This document shows, in pieces, positions 48,901-61,600 of a stretch of 64,000 bases of DNA. The translations under genes and the position numbers were made by a program. Position 1 is the stretch's first letter. Each line of letters begins with the position of its first letter. Source of the DNA: Pelomyxa schiedti (lineage: Eukaryota; Protista; Evosea); assembly GCA_020536535.1 (NCBI GenBank), contig JAHLWZ010000496.1, positions 62,001-126,000 on the forward strand, written 5' to 3'. A model generated the notes under the pieces. That model worked only from the letters and a program-made list of their open reading frames with translations. It ran no database searches and was not told the DNA's origin.

Positions 48901-49285
48901 TCCTCACCATCCCGCTCTTCTTCACGGCTCTTGGCGCAAGCCTAGCTCTATGGTGGGGAGCCCTGGTGTAAGCGAAGTCGAAAACCCCAGTGGTGTAGTC
49001 TACAACCTTGTGTTGGATTCTGCACATGTACTTGTAGTCAACGGCATCGCATGTGTCACCTGGGGTCACAATCTCAAAGGGAACTCTGAAGAGGAATCCC
49101 GCGTTCTGTATCACAGCTTCTACGGAACAGAAAAAGTTGTGGAGGCACTCAAAATATTGTCTAGCTGGGAGAGTGGTTTCCTACAAGTAGAACCTATACG
49201 GCACAATTCCAGTGGTCACACCATTGGTTTTTCTATGGTAAAACTTTCTTGTCCACCATCACCTATATCTCACCTTCGAATTTAA
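45968..49285 (+). CDS. Adenylate kinase - RING-HC - vWA - Vwaint - Hint(Vint) fusion protein, 3 exons
   Basis: P-loop GPPGSGKGTQ, STGDIFR, LDGFPRT, lid GRKID..TG.IYH. C3HC4 RING at 46781-46900. Phase-0 intron 46961-47011 joins in frame to vWA (DVSGSMG, LTDGQPN, FGVGY), Vwaint (RWGRHYL..HQ.Q.C.N..DPG) and Hint (GG|CFAG, ITPHHP, VYNLVLD..H). Confidence 0.85.
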
Positions 49286-49673
49286 GGTAACCTCCTGGCT
49301 CTCCGGTTGAACGAACAATGGGTTGAACAATGTGGTACCTATGGCAACCTGTTTACTGTGAGTGTTTAAAAGAAAGAAAAAAAAAGCCGAAAATTTACAA
49401 GCATTAAACCCTTAGAACGATCAGATCTAAAGATCCAAAAAACACTTTAAAAGATAGCAATTAATTCGGCGATCACAACAAGGTTGGTGGTGCTCATTAT
49501 TACACGTGAACCACGACGGCAAACACGGCAAACAACACAAACAAATCGTACACAACCACTCTTCGGGAGATCTTTTTTGTGTTGTGCTGTTTGATTTCCG
49601 TGTTGGCATGAAGCAAACAACAAAAAACAAACAAACAGGAACTGCCAGTTAGGCAGTAGACTGGAGACGCAAA

Positions 49674-52600
49674 ATGGCCAGTACTGCAGAAGAAATGTTT
49701 GTGAGGCAGTACATGGATGCAACAGGAGGTAATTTTTCAAATGCTGCTATAGAATTGCTACTACTTTTTTTTGATACTTGACAACTGCGTGCCTTTGACA
49801 CCTTTCTCTTGCAGACATTTCGAAAAAATTGAAGCTTGTTGTTGAATTGAGAGAAAACCTGGACATAATGCACACACTGGAATACACCAATTTTCTTGTG
49901 TATGTGTTCCCAGTGCTGTACAATGAGCTGCGAGGCATTGAACCACAGAAAGCTGATGGACCTGAACACAAGCTCAGAAACACAATTTTGGAAATTATCA
50001 AGCGGCTCCCTTGCACTGACCAGCTGAAAACAAATGTTCCTCATTTAATGAAGCTGGCGATGTACCTACTTGAGGTTTAAGACACTTTCAAGAGATCTGC
50101 TCGAAGTGTTCCACTAAACAACCACACCTCTCAGGTTGAGAGTGAGGACAATGTTATCATTTGTTTACACATCATCATTGAATTGCATAAGAATTTCAAA
50201 ATGTCAATGGAAAATGAGGTTGGTGCAATGTGATTGCATGTCTCTGACTGCAGAACTTATCATGCAATAGCTTGCAGAGCAAGTACAAGCTTTTCTCAAT
50301 TTTGTGCACAGACTCCTTGGTGAACTGCCAAAGACCATGGAAAGAACTTTCCAAGAGCCTCCTCCCCCTGCAGGGACCCTTATTTCCGCTCTTCAATCCT
50401 TCAAAGTTTCTTCCATTGTGAATTGAATCTGAACTGAAGGAAGATAGGTCCTCACAGAAGTGCCAATAATGGTTGTGCTGCTGTTTCAACTGTATCCACG
50501 CTTTGTTTCCACAAACATAAATGCTTTCATACCACATATTGTGAATACTCTGGCTCTCAAAGTACCTAATTTGTATAAGGAAAGCAAAGTGCTAACTAAA
50601 TCACTGACAGCCCCCTCCTAATTCTGAAGTCACTCACCACCAAGCATACACAGACTTCATTTCTGCCCAAGTGAAGGTCAGTCGATGATACCACAAAAAT
50701 GGCTAACTTATTAAGACTTTATCATTTCTTGCATTTTTAACACGAGGCTATATTGATCAAATGAGAAGCTACGTTGACAGCATTACAAGTTCTGTCATAT
50801 ATTTGTTTAGGTGCTGCCCACATGAACTCACAGCAACAAGAAAGGTTAGTTAAATATACTCTCCTCTTATGTCAATTCACTGTAACACTAGGAATTGTTG
50901 ATAGCCACGCGCCATATTCTAGCCACAGAATTCAGGCAAAACTTTTTACCACACATAGATGATCTCTTTGATGAAAAAATACTCATTGGTACCGGGCGTA
51001 CTTGTTTTGAACTTCTGAGGTCATTGGCTTATGGTTGCACCACCAGTTGATAATAAGTCTCATTGATGTAGGTATGCTGGCTGACATGGTGCATAATATG
51101 CGTGGCGAGCTTGGCTTCCAGCAACTGTCAACTGTATACTATCATTTATATTTCACCCTTACAGATTCTTGTTAGGTAGTTGCTATGTATTCTCGGAACA
51201 TTCACGATCCCACTTTATCATTCAGTCTACAGTCCATGTCTGCCAAACTCCTCCTTAATCTGGTAGAGTATATCTCAAAATGTGAAGCAGATGGGAAAGG
51301 TTTTTCCCCTCTTACCCTCCCACTCCCTTATTTCTTGTAGCTGGGCCCAGGGCCCTCATAATCCGAATCTTTGATGTGTTCACCAATAAATTCAGTACTC
51401 TTAAAACACAAATCCCAAAACTTCTGAAAGAGCCACCTAGTGATGACCAACAGAACTTAGATGTTATCAAAGGTTCAGTGACAGTTTCTCCCTGCACTAA
51501 CTAAACTATTAGAGTGTCGCATGTTGCTCAAAACACTTGTACTGGGGTTGAAAAATATAATTTGGGGAATAACCTCCTGCACCCAACCTGCCCCGAATCC
51601 AGCAACACCAACATCACCTTTTGCTGCACAGTCATCTTTAGGTGCCTATAGAGTTGCACAAATAGAAGAAAGTAAGACTTATTCAACAATGCTCAAGAGT
51701 GGAATAAGGAGTTTTATCATCTTTTCTCGTGGTCATGGGGCATCACCTGCTGAAGAAAAAGAAGTATGAGTTTGTGGCAACTTTTTCTTACATTGGAAAG
51801 ATTTTAGATCATTTTGCTGTTGTCCTGACAATGGTTGATCCTCGCATTTTCAAGGACGTTTTTGAAACGCACATGCCTTTTTTATTTGATCAAATTTTGA
51901 AGAACCAAGCCATCCTCACCATCCCTCAAACATTTTTATTGCAAGGTGGCTTCCAAAAAATATCTCCAATCTTTGCTGATATTTTACTTAACTTCTTGAT
52001 GAGCAAGCTCAAGTAATTAATTGGCTTAAGTGTTACAATCCTAAAGATTTCACAGGTGCCTTGCTGAACCGGAAAAGCTTGTATCTAGTGTTATGGTGAG
52101 ACTGTTTAAATTGGTTTTTGGCTCCCTAGCTCAGTATCCTGAAAATGACAGTGTTCTGCAGCCACATCTCCAAAATCTTATACAGTCATGCCTCAAATAT
52201 TCCTCTGAAGTAAATACCTCCCCTCTTTTTCATTTAACACCTTTCTAGGAATCTCTAAACTACTTTGCACTTCTGAGAGCTCTCTTTCGGGTAATTGGCA
52301 CAAAAAGTGATGTATTTATCAAAGACATTTTCCCTCTTCTTCCAGGTGCTACTTAAAACGAAACTTTTTTTTTCCCCTCACTTTCTAAAGGAATATTGGA
52401 ATCCCTCAATCACCTTCACCAGTGCTGCCACAATCCAACTATGCGAGATTTGTTTGTGGAGTTGTCACTCACAATTCCTGTGAAGCCAAGTGCTCTAGCA
52501 CCTTTTATTAATCAGCTTATTCCCCCAATTCTCAGTGCTCTTAATTCAAACAACGATTTGGTGTCTCAGGTATACATCAAGAATAAATGTAGGCTCTTAA

Positions 52601-55600
52601 CCTAATAAGGGTTTGAGCACCCTGGATACTCTTGTTGATAATTTGTGTGGCGTCCTTGACAATGAACTTGGGTCTTACAAAGAAGAGTTACTTCGGGCAG
52701 TAAAGCGACACTTAAGGCCTACACCATATTTGCATGGTCAAGCTGCTCTAAAAATTCTGGGGAAAATGGGGGGAAGATCCCGTAAAATTCGACGAGGAAA
52801 CACTTTCAATATCATTCCCCATGTAAGAGCTCCACTCCCCACAATCAAGCCCAGCATCATATAGGAAAACAGTGAAGATTGCTTTTATGAGGAATGTTTA
52901 TCAGTAATGTGCACTTTTGAGGGTTACGAACAGAGACTTCCTCTTAATCTTGGAAGATGTATTCCCTTCGTCAAAAAGTTTACCTTAACATCTTCTTATG
53001 CTAGTGACAAACATCTCCTAGTAACATCTTTGTGCAATAATTTTTGGTTCTAATGTATCCAGAAAAACACCTTCTTATTTGTCCGGGCGAGTATACTCTC
53101 CTTGGTGTCATTCAAACGAGATCCATCCCATTTCCTGTATGCATAACTCTCTGTCTCACAAATTAACGTTTTTAAGGTCTGCCTGTAGTACAACTGTAAA
53201 AGAAAGAGTACCTCCAATTGCCCCTACACAAGTGGTAATTGGTGGGAATGTGAAAACACGGCAGATACTGGAGAACCAAGAATCTGCATTCACAACCTTA
53301 CTCACCTGTGCATTTGCACTTTCATCCTTTGATTGGCTCAAAGTAGATTGCTTAGAAATCAGTGATTAGCTAAAACAATCTGTAGGAGGAGGCGAATACA
53401 TTTATCAAGGGACTGTGTACGCACTTTGCTTTCTTACTATGTGCAAATTGTACTCACGACCGCTCTTCTCTGACGGTTTAACACTGCTCCAATATAAATA
53501 CGCACTGAGATACTTGAGGAATTGGATCCACTTTGTTTCGCTCGGGCAGTTGTTAATACACTGGCACTTGACAATCGCTCCCAAGCAATTTCAGGTCTCT
53601 CTGCTCTGTCAATGCTGATGGATTGTTTAAGCCTACTCTGTGAGACAAAGGAAAGTGTCTTCCATGATTTATTTTTCCCTAATTTTCCTAGGAAGCTGCA
53701 TCCCAATTACCTCTATTTGAATTTTTAGTACAACAGTTGTGTAGTAACTGCTATCACCGTGACTGGAGTGCCAAAGCTGGTGGTTGTCTTGGGTTATCGC
53801 TCTTAGTAAGCCGACTAACTCCCACATGGTGCCATAGGCATCAAATTGAAGTCACACAAGCACTGTTGTCTGTGTTTCAGGTAAACACATCTAAATGAGA
53901 CTTTTTTTTTACAATCAACAAGGACTTGCCTGTTGAAGTTACTCCAGGCACAGTGGAAGACGCAAAAAAAACTTTATCTGATATTTTAAAAAATATTCTA
54001 GCCGATCCCGAGTCCGCCATTAAGGTTGTTCCTTCCGTCGTTATTAAGTGCTTAATTCCTAAAACAGTGTGACTTGGGCACTCTTCTGAAGTTGCTAATT
54101 TCTAGTCTGGCCAACCAATGCCCCACTTTACGCAGTATAGTACAAGAATCTCTTATTTCTATCAGTGCATCACCTATGCTTGTATGCACCCTTTCTAAAT
54201 TTTCAAATCAAAGCATAAGAGACTTACGACTTCTCAGAGTGCTATGGTAATAGAAGAGTACCTCAAGTATGTTTGTGATCAGCCACATCCTTCTCAGCCT
54301 TATGTACACACTGCAATCCTATCGTTTTTCCTTTTTTTTATTTCCATTCAGACTCTAGAGGCTCAAACAGCTTTTTTCTCTTCAATGTCTTTTGTCTTGT
54401 CTCAGTTGCCTCCACCTCTTGTGGACACTCCTACCCTGCGCAGTAATATACAAGTGGCTATGAGTACCCTGGAGGACAGCGTTTTCCTACCATCTCTTAC
54501 AACCTCCCATACGTCTTTAGTAAAAGTTTGTACTCCATTGACTTCAATCCACCTCTGATTAATTCCTTTTTTCAGAATCTTCTGGAATTTTCTTGTGCTA
54601 TTTGCATCAAAATGGACACTTCAAATGACATGAAACAGCACTTGTTTAGTTTATTGGTGAAATTTTTGATTTCAGCCAATAACACTGTAGCGAGTTCTGT
54701 GAAGGAGTTGTTGTCCCCTCTATTATCTTCAAAAAAACTACCATGGGTAAGTACTCCTTGTAACTTCTTTGCATTTTACTTCTATAGGATCTTGTGCAAA
54801 ACTGCTTGCGTCCTGTTCTCTCTCAAGCTCGTGATATCAAACTCTTAACACCTCACCTGTTGCAAGGTCTTCTTTATTTGTTTGAACAGACAAATGCCTT
54901 CACATTTGCTGTTGGAGGTTTGCCCCCGATGCAATTACTTGCCTTTCAACATATTTAGAACGGTTCTTTGAACACCTGAAGCAAGTTACTGAAGTATTGT
55001 GTAAAACTTCTGCCACTACCGCCACTGCTGCAAATACTCCAAGCCTCACTTGCAAAGATCCTGATGTGAAAGTATCTTCGTTACTTCTATGGTTCTTTCC
55101 ATTACTCCACTCTCCGTCAACTTCAAAATTACTGGGTGAGCTATTCCCTATTCACCATCACTAAACTTAATATAATCAATGAAGAACCCCTCGTTTTACT
55201 TGTGATGCAATTGGAACTCCTTTTCACACCAAGAGAAGCTTCTTGCTTGTACTTCCATTTCATCTCCTCCACTTTTGTTAAAAGATTAAACAAACAGATA
55301 TTATGACCCTCTTACAAAATTCTTGAGTAAACATGCTACCCTGACCATCGAATTCTTTTTGTCACACCTCTCTCTGGTTGGTTTTGGTCTTGGAAATTAC
55401 CAGACTAAGCACTGTAAAGGTGCACTTCGCTAAGTTTTTTTGGATCATTCTGTCAAATTCCAATTCTGGACCATTACGTGATGAGCTTACAAAGACACCC
55501 ACAAAATTACTTGCAGTATTTGCTGGCAAGGTATCCACACTTCCTAACTCTCTGTTACTCATTCTTTCAGTATTCAACACAAGGGAATTTTGTGGATGTT

Positions 55601-58600
55601 CAATTGCAGGCAGTGGAATTGGTCCGTCTACTTGTAAAGCTGCTTCCTGACTGGCTACCAAAGAATCGAGCTGTGCTAGATTGCTTGATTGAGCTGTGGA
55701 AATCACCTCTTGTACATTTACACCTATATTGTTGTACGGAGAACTTACCTTTTTCTTCTTTCCTTAAAGCACACTGCAAGATTAGCAAATGCACACACAC
55801 TGCCTTTGCATCAATTACGTGAATCCAAGGTTTAAGAAATGGAAAAAGATTGGTCTATGTAATCCAAAAATTCCACAGAACCTCATAAAATGCTTTTTGA
55901 ATTATTGCCGAGCTCACAACGAGGAACAAGATCTTCTTTTTCACATGGTTTCAGTGTTTCAAGTTAGAACAACTACCGATTTCACTTTCTTAAAAGATTT
56001 CTATGTTGAAGAAGTCGGAAAAGTATGGCAACCATGACAATTTCCTAGTAACAAATATATTTCGTACAGACTTACCCTATTGAGCTCAAGCTGGCACTAT
56101 TGCAGAGATTTCTCCAGTTTTATCAGGATCCTAGTGTTACTATTGAACACAAGATACAAGCAATACAAATGTTTATCTCTCCTTTGTTGAGTGTGACTTT
56201 CTCTTTAAATCAGCCAATAGACAAGCAGGTACTGTGTGAAAATAGCAATACCGCAACTAAAAAAATAGCAGATCATTTTTTCAATTATTATCGAAATCTT
56301 GCACTGTGACACAACCGAGGTTCCACACTTTTTTGTGACCATCATCATGTAATGTGATACACAGATGCAAGGAGCAGGACCTGGGTTTTTCCCCCCACCA
56401 CCAACTCAGTCACAGCAGCAAGCAGTATTCAATCCAGTAGAAGAGTCATTAAGCAGGGAATTGCTGCAGCTTGCTACACTTCTTGTAAAAAATATGAAGA
56501 CAGAACTTCAAGAAAACCGCAAGGTTTATCTACAGAATGTCTTCCTTTTCTCTCTGATTTCTCATAGGAACTCATTAAATTTGCCTGGTATTACCTTAAA
56601 AGTGAAGACATCACAACTCGACAGTGTGCCTACATTCTTGTTTGTCGATTTATAGAAGCCTTTGAAACTCCCCCAAAAATCATTTTGCAAGTAAAGCCTA
56701 CATTCTTAATTAAAAATCTCACTGCACCAGGTATATGTTGCCTTATTACGGTGTTACCAAGCAGAGGCAAAACATCTTGTAAGAGAGGCACTGGACATAT
56801 TGACACCAACCCTACCCAAGAGGGTAAGCTATGACGAGCTGAATCCTCTCGTTTAAACGATACCACAGTTGCAGCCTGACCAGTATGCAACATCTTGGAT
56901 TAAGTGGACGAAAAAGATAGCTGTTGAGGAAACTAATGCCCTACTTCAGTTGACACATATTCTCCACCTCATTCTAAGACATCCCAACATATTTTACATG
57001 GCAAAAAGTCAATTTACACCGCATTTTGTGAACTGTTTGGTAAGGTCGTCACATTACACATCTTCTGACTTTACCAGGTTCGAGTGGGCCTACTTCCCCA
57101 GTCCCCACCAGAAAATAGAAAACTTGCAGTTGATGTTGTCGAACTAACAATACTTTGGGAAAAAGCTAAACTTGGAATTATTCCTTCAAGTTCTCATATT
57201 AGAGAACTACTTCCGTCTAACTTCTTTTTAGATGCACCTATCCAAGTCCCTGGAATAACAGCACAAGATACTAACTCTATTCGTGATACTTCCCAGTATT
57301 TTCTTCTGCCTTCCTCACACTTTATTTACCTCATCACAGTGATGATGGATATCCAACAAGCCAACCTGTCATTGACATGATTGTGTATTTCCTCGTTAGG
57401 ATGCTTCTCATCTGCAATGATAGCTCTGGTCAACCACCAATGCCTGGTGCACAACCACAGCAAACCAATTCCGCCCCTTCACAACTTCCTGAGAGAATAC
57501 TTGGCTTACTCAAGGAAGCCACTACACTCTGGCCATCAGCAGAAGTTAAACCCCCAATTTTTGAAGTATGTGGACCGCTGTTTAAATTGAAACTCAGTAA
57601 CGGAAACATGAAACAAAATCCAGAAATTATTCAGTGCCATTCAACCATCAGAGCAACCAGGCCAGTCCCAGACAGTACCCCAGGCGCTTCTCTCTGTCTT
57701 GGGTGTTATAAATGCTGTGACAGAAACTTCACAACAAATAACTCTCTTCATTACAACAAATCTGGTAGGCTTTTCAGCCACATTGGCTCCCTCATTCGCC
57801 TCAGAAAACACAAAGGTTTGATGTTACTTTACATGCCTTGAAAAAACCACACCCAGCAAGTGCAATTGCTTGCCATGATATTCAAAAAAATCATCAAGGA
57901 GTATCCTCCTGCTGTTGTACAGATGCAACTACCTGAGATGGGGCTATACAAAAAATTACAAGAAGTGATAGGCAGGCACCACCCTCTTTTCCCCTTTCGT
58001 TGTAGTAACCCTTGAATTACTAGAGTCCTCCTTAGGCACACACATTCTGAATGTCCTGTGTTTCCTTAAGTAAAGCTGTTTCTTTTCCAAAATATTCTCT
58101 AAATGGCCCTACAAGGAATATATCGGAAGAACATGAACTTTTTATTGATAACTACATACCATCTCTAGTGAAATACTTCACGGTATCAAGTCAGTTATTT
58201 TTTTGTATAACTAAAAAAAAAAAAACAGAAAGCAATCAAAGATTTCGTCAGTCCGTCCAAAGAAGAGGTGCCCCCAGCAACTGAGTTCCTGTCCACCCGC
58301 CCCCATGTAAAAAAGGTTATCTGAACCATGTCACATCTAGGATGTTAAAGATAATCATAGGAATCAACTTCAATTCTTATTGACACATTCCACTTGATAA
58401 GTTTAAGAATATCACAGTTTTCTGAACAGAGAAAAGTGTTCTACACAGTAAGCCACTTAACCTCATCCAAAGTTCTAATATCAACCCAAGGCACTGATAC
58501 AACTGATAGAAAAATCTACAGAGCCAGAGCTCCTTCTAGAGATTACCAAAGTCATTAGCAGATGGATAATGCAAACACCTGATTCACGATACCCCACCCA

Positions 58601-61600
58601 ACCACCCGTTGTATTAACTCCGAAAGACAAGCTTTCCTTTGTCACTAAAATGGCCCGTTTCGATCAGGTTTGTTGTCACTGTATCCTCTCAGGATGTTAC
58701 CCTGGTTTTAGGTGTCTTGCCCTGAGTTATTCAGTCTGTATTTGGATCTTGTGTATCATATGCATGTGGATCACGCCCAACTAGAAAACAATGGGTTTAT
58801 GATGGGCCTGCATTCTAGGGAACCTGCAACACGAAGCAAATTCTTTGAATTGCACCATCAAAAACTACCAACTGTTGTGAGATTCAAACTTTCTTGCACT
58901 AATGCCCACTAGAATGTTCATCAGAGACTTTTGTATATTGTTTCCTCTAAGGACTGGGAAGGTGTGGCACACACATACTGGATCAAGCAGGTCTAACTTA
59001 TCTGTATATTGCCTTTTCTCAACTTTTGTTAAGGCTCTTGATTTGATTCTCGCAGTTCTTCATATTGAATCTATTCAACTGGATCCTCTTTGTGCACACT
59101 TACCAGTCATCACCAAAAATCGTCAGTCTCCTGCTATCGGTGCGACCATAACTAAGGAGGTATTACTCCATAAATTTTCTTCTTTTATGTAACAGTTCAA
59201 GGTAACAAATTTGGTCACGATGGAATGTGAGTTTACAAACAAAATGAAGAATCTACTTCTCAGTGATTTACTAACTCCCCTGCGGTATATACGTTCGTTT
59301 GCCCTTAAATTCGCTCAATACTTGGGAAGGGAAATGATCCATTACGACCCTGATCTCTCGCATCATCTATGGGTTATACTTTTCCCTTTTGCCTGGTCCT
59401 CTTCCTCTCTCTTTTCGTCTTTAATTCATTGTAGGCGTCACTTCTCTCCCGAACAACAATGTGAATTTCATGCACCACTCATTAAGTTATTGAATCAACC
59501 ATACCATCAAAAACAGCAACAAAACAGACCCAATACTATCCAAGTAACTTCTTTTGTTATCACTTCACCTTTTTTTTCCTCACTATTCTAGACATTACTT
59601 TCTGGAATCTATGCCTCTCCTCAGCCACCACCAATCCCACATCCACATCTGAAATATTTGTCACGCACATTCAATCTGTGGCAAGTTGGTATTGGCTATC
59701 TTGAGGAATACCTTCAAGGGAACGATAAGAGATTTCCCTCTGAAGAAACAGCGGAAAGGCGCGCTGAATTTGTTGGTACATTGGATGTGTTGCTATGACC
59801 AAAATAACTCTAGTCAGCTAGTGCACTGGTTGAATTGGCTGACTTATATACATCTCTGGGAGAAATGGACTACAGATACGGCTTACAAATGTCTTCCAGC
59901 AACTCTGAACATGCAAGGGTATGTTCTCTGAATTACTGTACAATGGCTCACCCTTGATGTTAGGCAGCCTTCCTATATGAGCAATTTGAACAGTGGTCGT
60001 CAGCAGCTGATGCTTATTTTGAAGCTATGAAACAGTTGGCAACAGGTCCAGTCAAACTTCCCACTTCACCAGTGTGTTTTTCCCCCTCCTCTTCCCCTAG
60101 TCAATCCTTGAAGCTTGATGCCATATATGAGGCCGGGTTTGTGGAGTGCACCAAACGGTTAAACAACTGGGATTTAGTAGCAAGCATAGCAAAAGAATAC
60201 TTACACCAAGGTATTCTTCCCTCTTTAACTTCGATTGATAATTTCTTCTCGACAGAGTTGTTGTTTGATAGTCTGTGGAGACTTGGTGACTGGAGTACAG
60301 CTCGCGACACTATCACACACATTCCTGATGATGATTCTAGCGTTACAAAGCGTCTTTTCCATTGCATGGATGCCGTGGCAAATTCGAAGTTTAATGACCT
60401 ATCCAATTTACTACTTCAATCAGTCTCCTTGATCCTCAAAGTACCATACAACACAAAACTACAAGACCTAACAAAAACAAAAAAGAAGTGGCAGCAATAC
60501 CCAGCAGATTGCCTTTCAGCCCAGTTGAATCTGTTGCATTCCATGCATCAGGTAATTCTCATTGTTCATCATTTCCACTGAAGAGTTTTAATAGTTGGTG
60601 GAAATTGAAGAAGCAAGTAATATTCTCACACAGTTGCTTCCCCAGTCCCGGGCAGTGGAAATGAAATCCAAATTCGTGTAGGTTTCCCCTCCACCTTGTT
60701 CTGATTGCTTTCCTGATTCATTCTAGGGTGTGGAGAGACCGTCTCCCCAACATTTGGGAAGATGTATTACTCTGGGGTGACATTATTTCATGGCACCAAT
60801 TTATTTTCAGTCAGCTTGCAACTGCATTCCCAGCGCAAGTTCCACAACCATCAGGTTTTTGTTCTCGCTTTTTCAGAATAGGATAATTACACAACAAGCT
60901 TTTTCTTTGATTGCTCCTCAAGAAACTGCCAGAGGACTTATTCAGCTAAGCCATGCATCAAGAAAATCCGGACTATTGAATACATGCCGCACAACTCTGT
61001 CTAAGCTCTATTCGTTACCAAATATTGATGTATGGATGCTTTCATAAAAAAAATGGATTTAACTAGAGAAAAGCCATCAGATGCCTATAGAAAACTGCGT
61101 GAACAAATTAAGTGTGATATTGCTTCTGGAAATTCAAAACGGGGTACCTTCCTACTCATGTCACTCTTTCCCTAAGAAAAAAAAAAGGTGTGGAAATTGT
61201 AAACCTACTGCCAGATGCTTATCAGGCTTCGCAAAAGGCGGACTTGTGGTGCCTTAAAGCCGAGTGCCTTTCAAGAATAGGATGTTTGGATGAAGCTTAT
61301 GAAACATACTCAGTGAGTATGGCATATGACAAGGGTAAATTGCTTGACAAGTTGTTATTCCTCAGTTCACACAGGATGGTTTCTATGGGGAAAATTCTGC
61401 GATAAGAGGTTTTTTGCAGTACGTGATAATCCAGCCTTACCACAACTTGTGGTCTGCCCTGTTGAGGATCCAATAGAATGGGCTCGGTTCGCAATTTCTT
61501 GCTACCTACAGGTAAAGTACTGAAATATATTGCTCTCAACATCGTTACAGGGTATTAAGCAATATAATGGCAATGTTCAGCCCTATATTGCACGCTGTTT

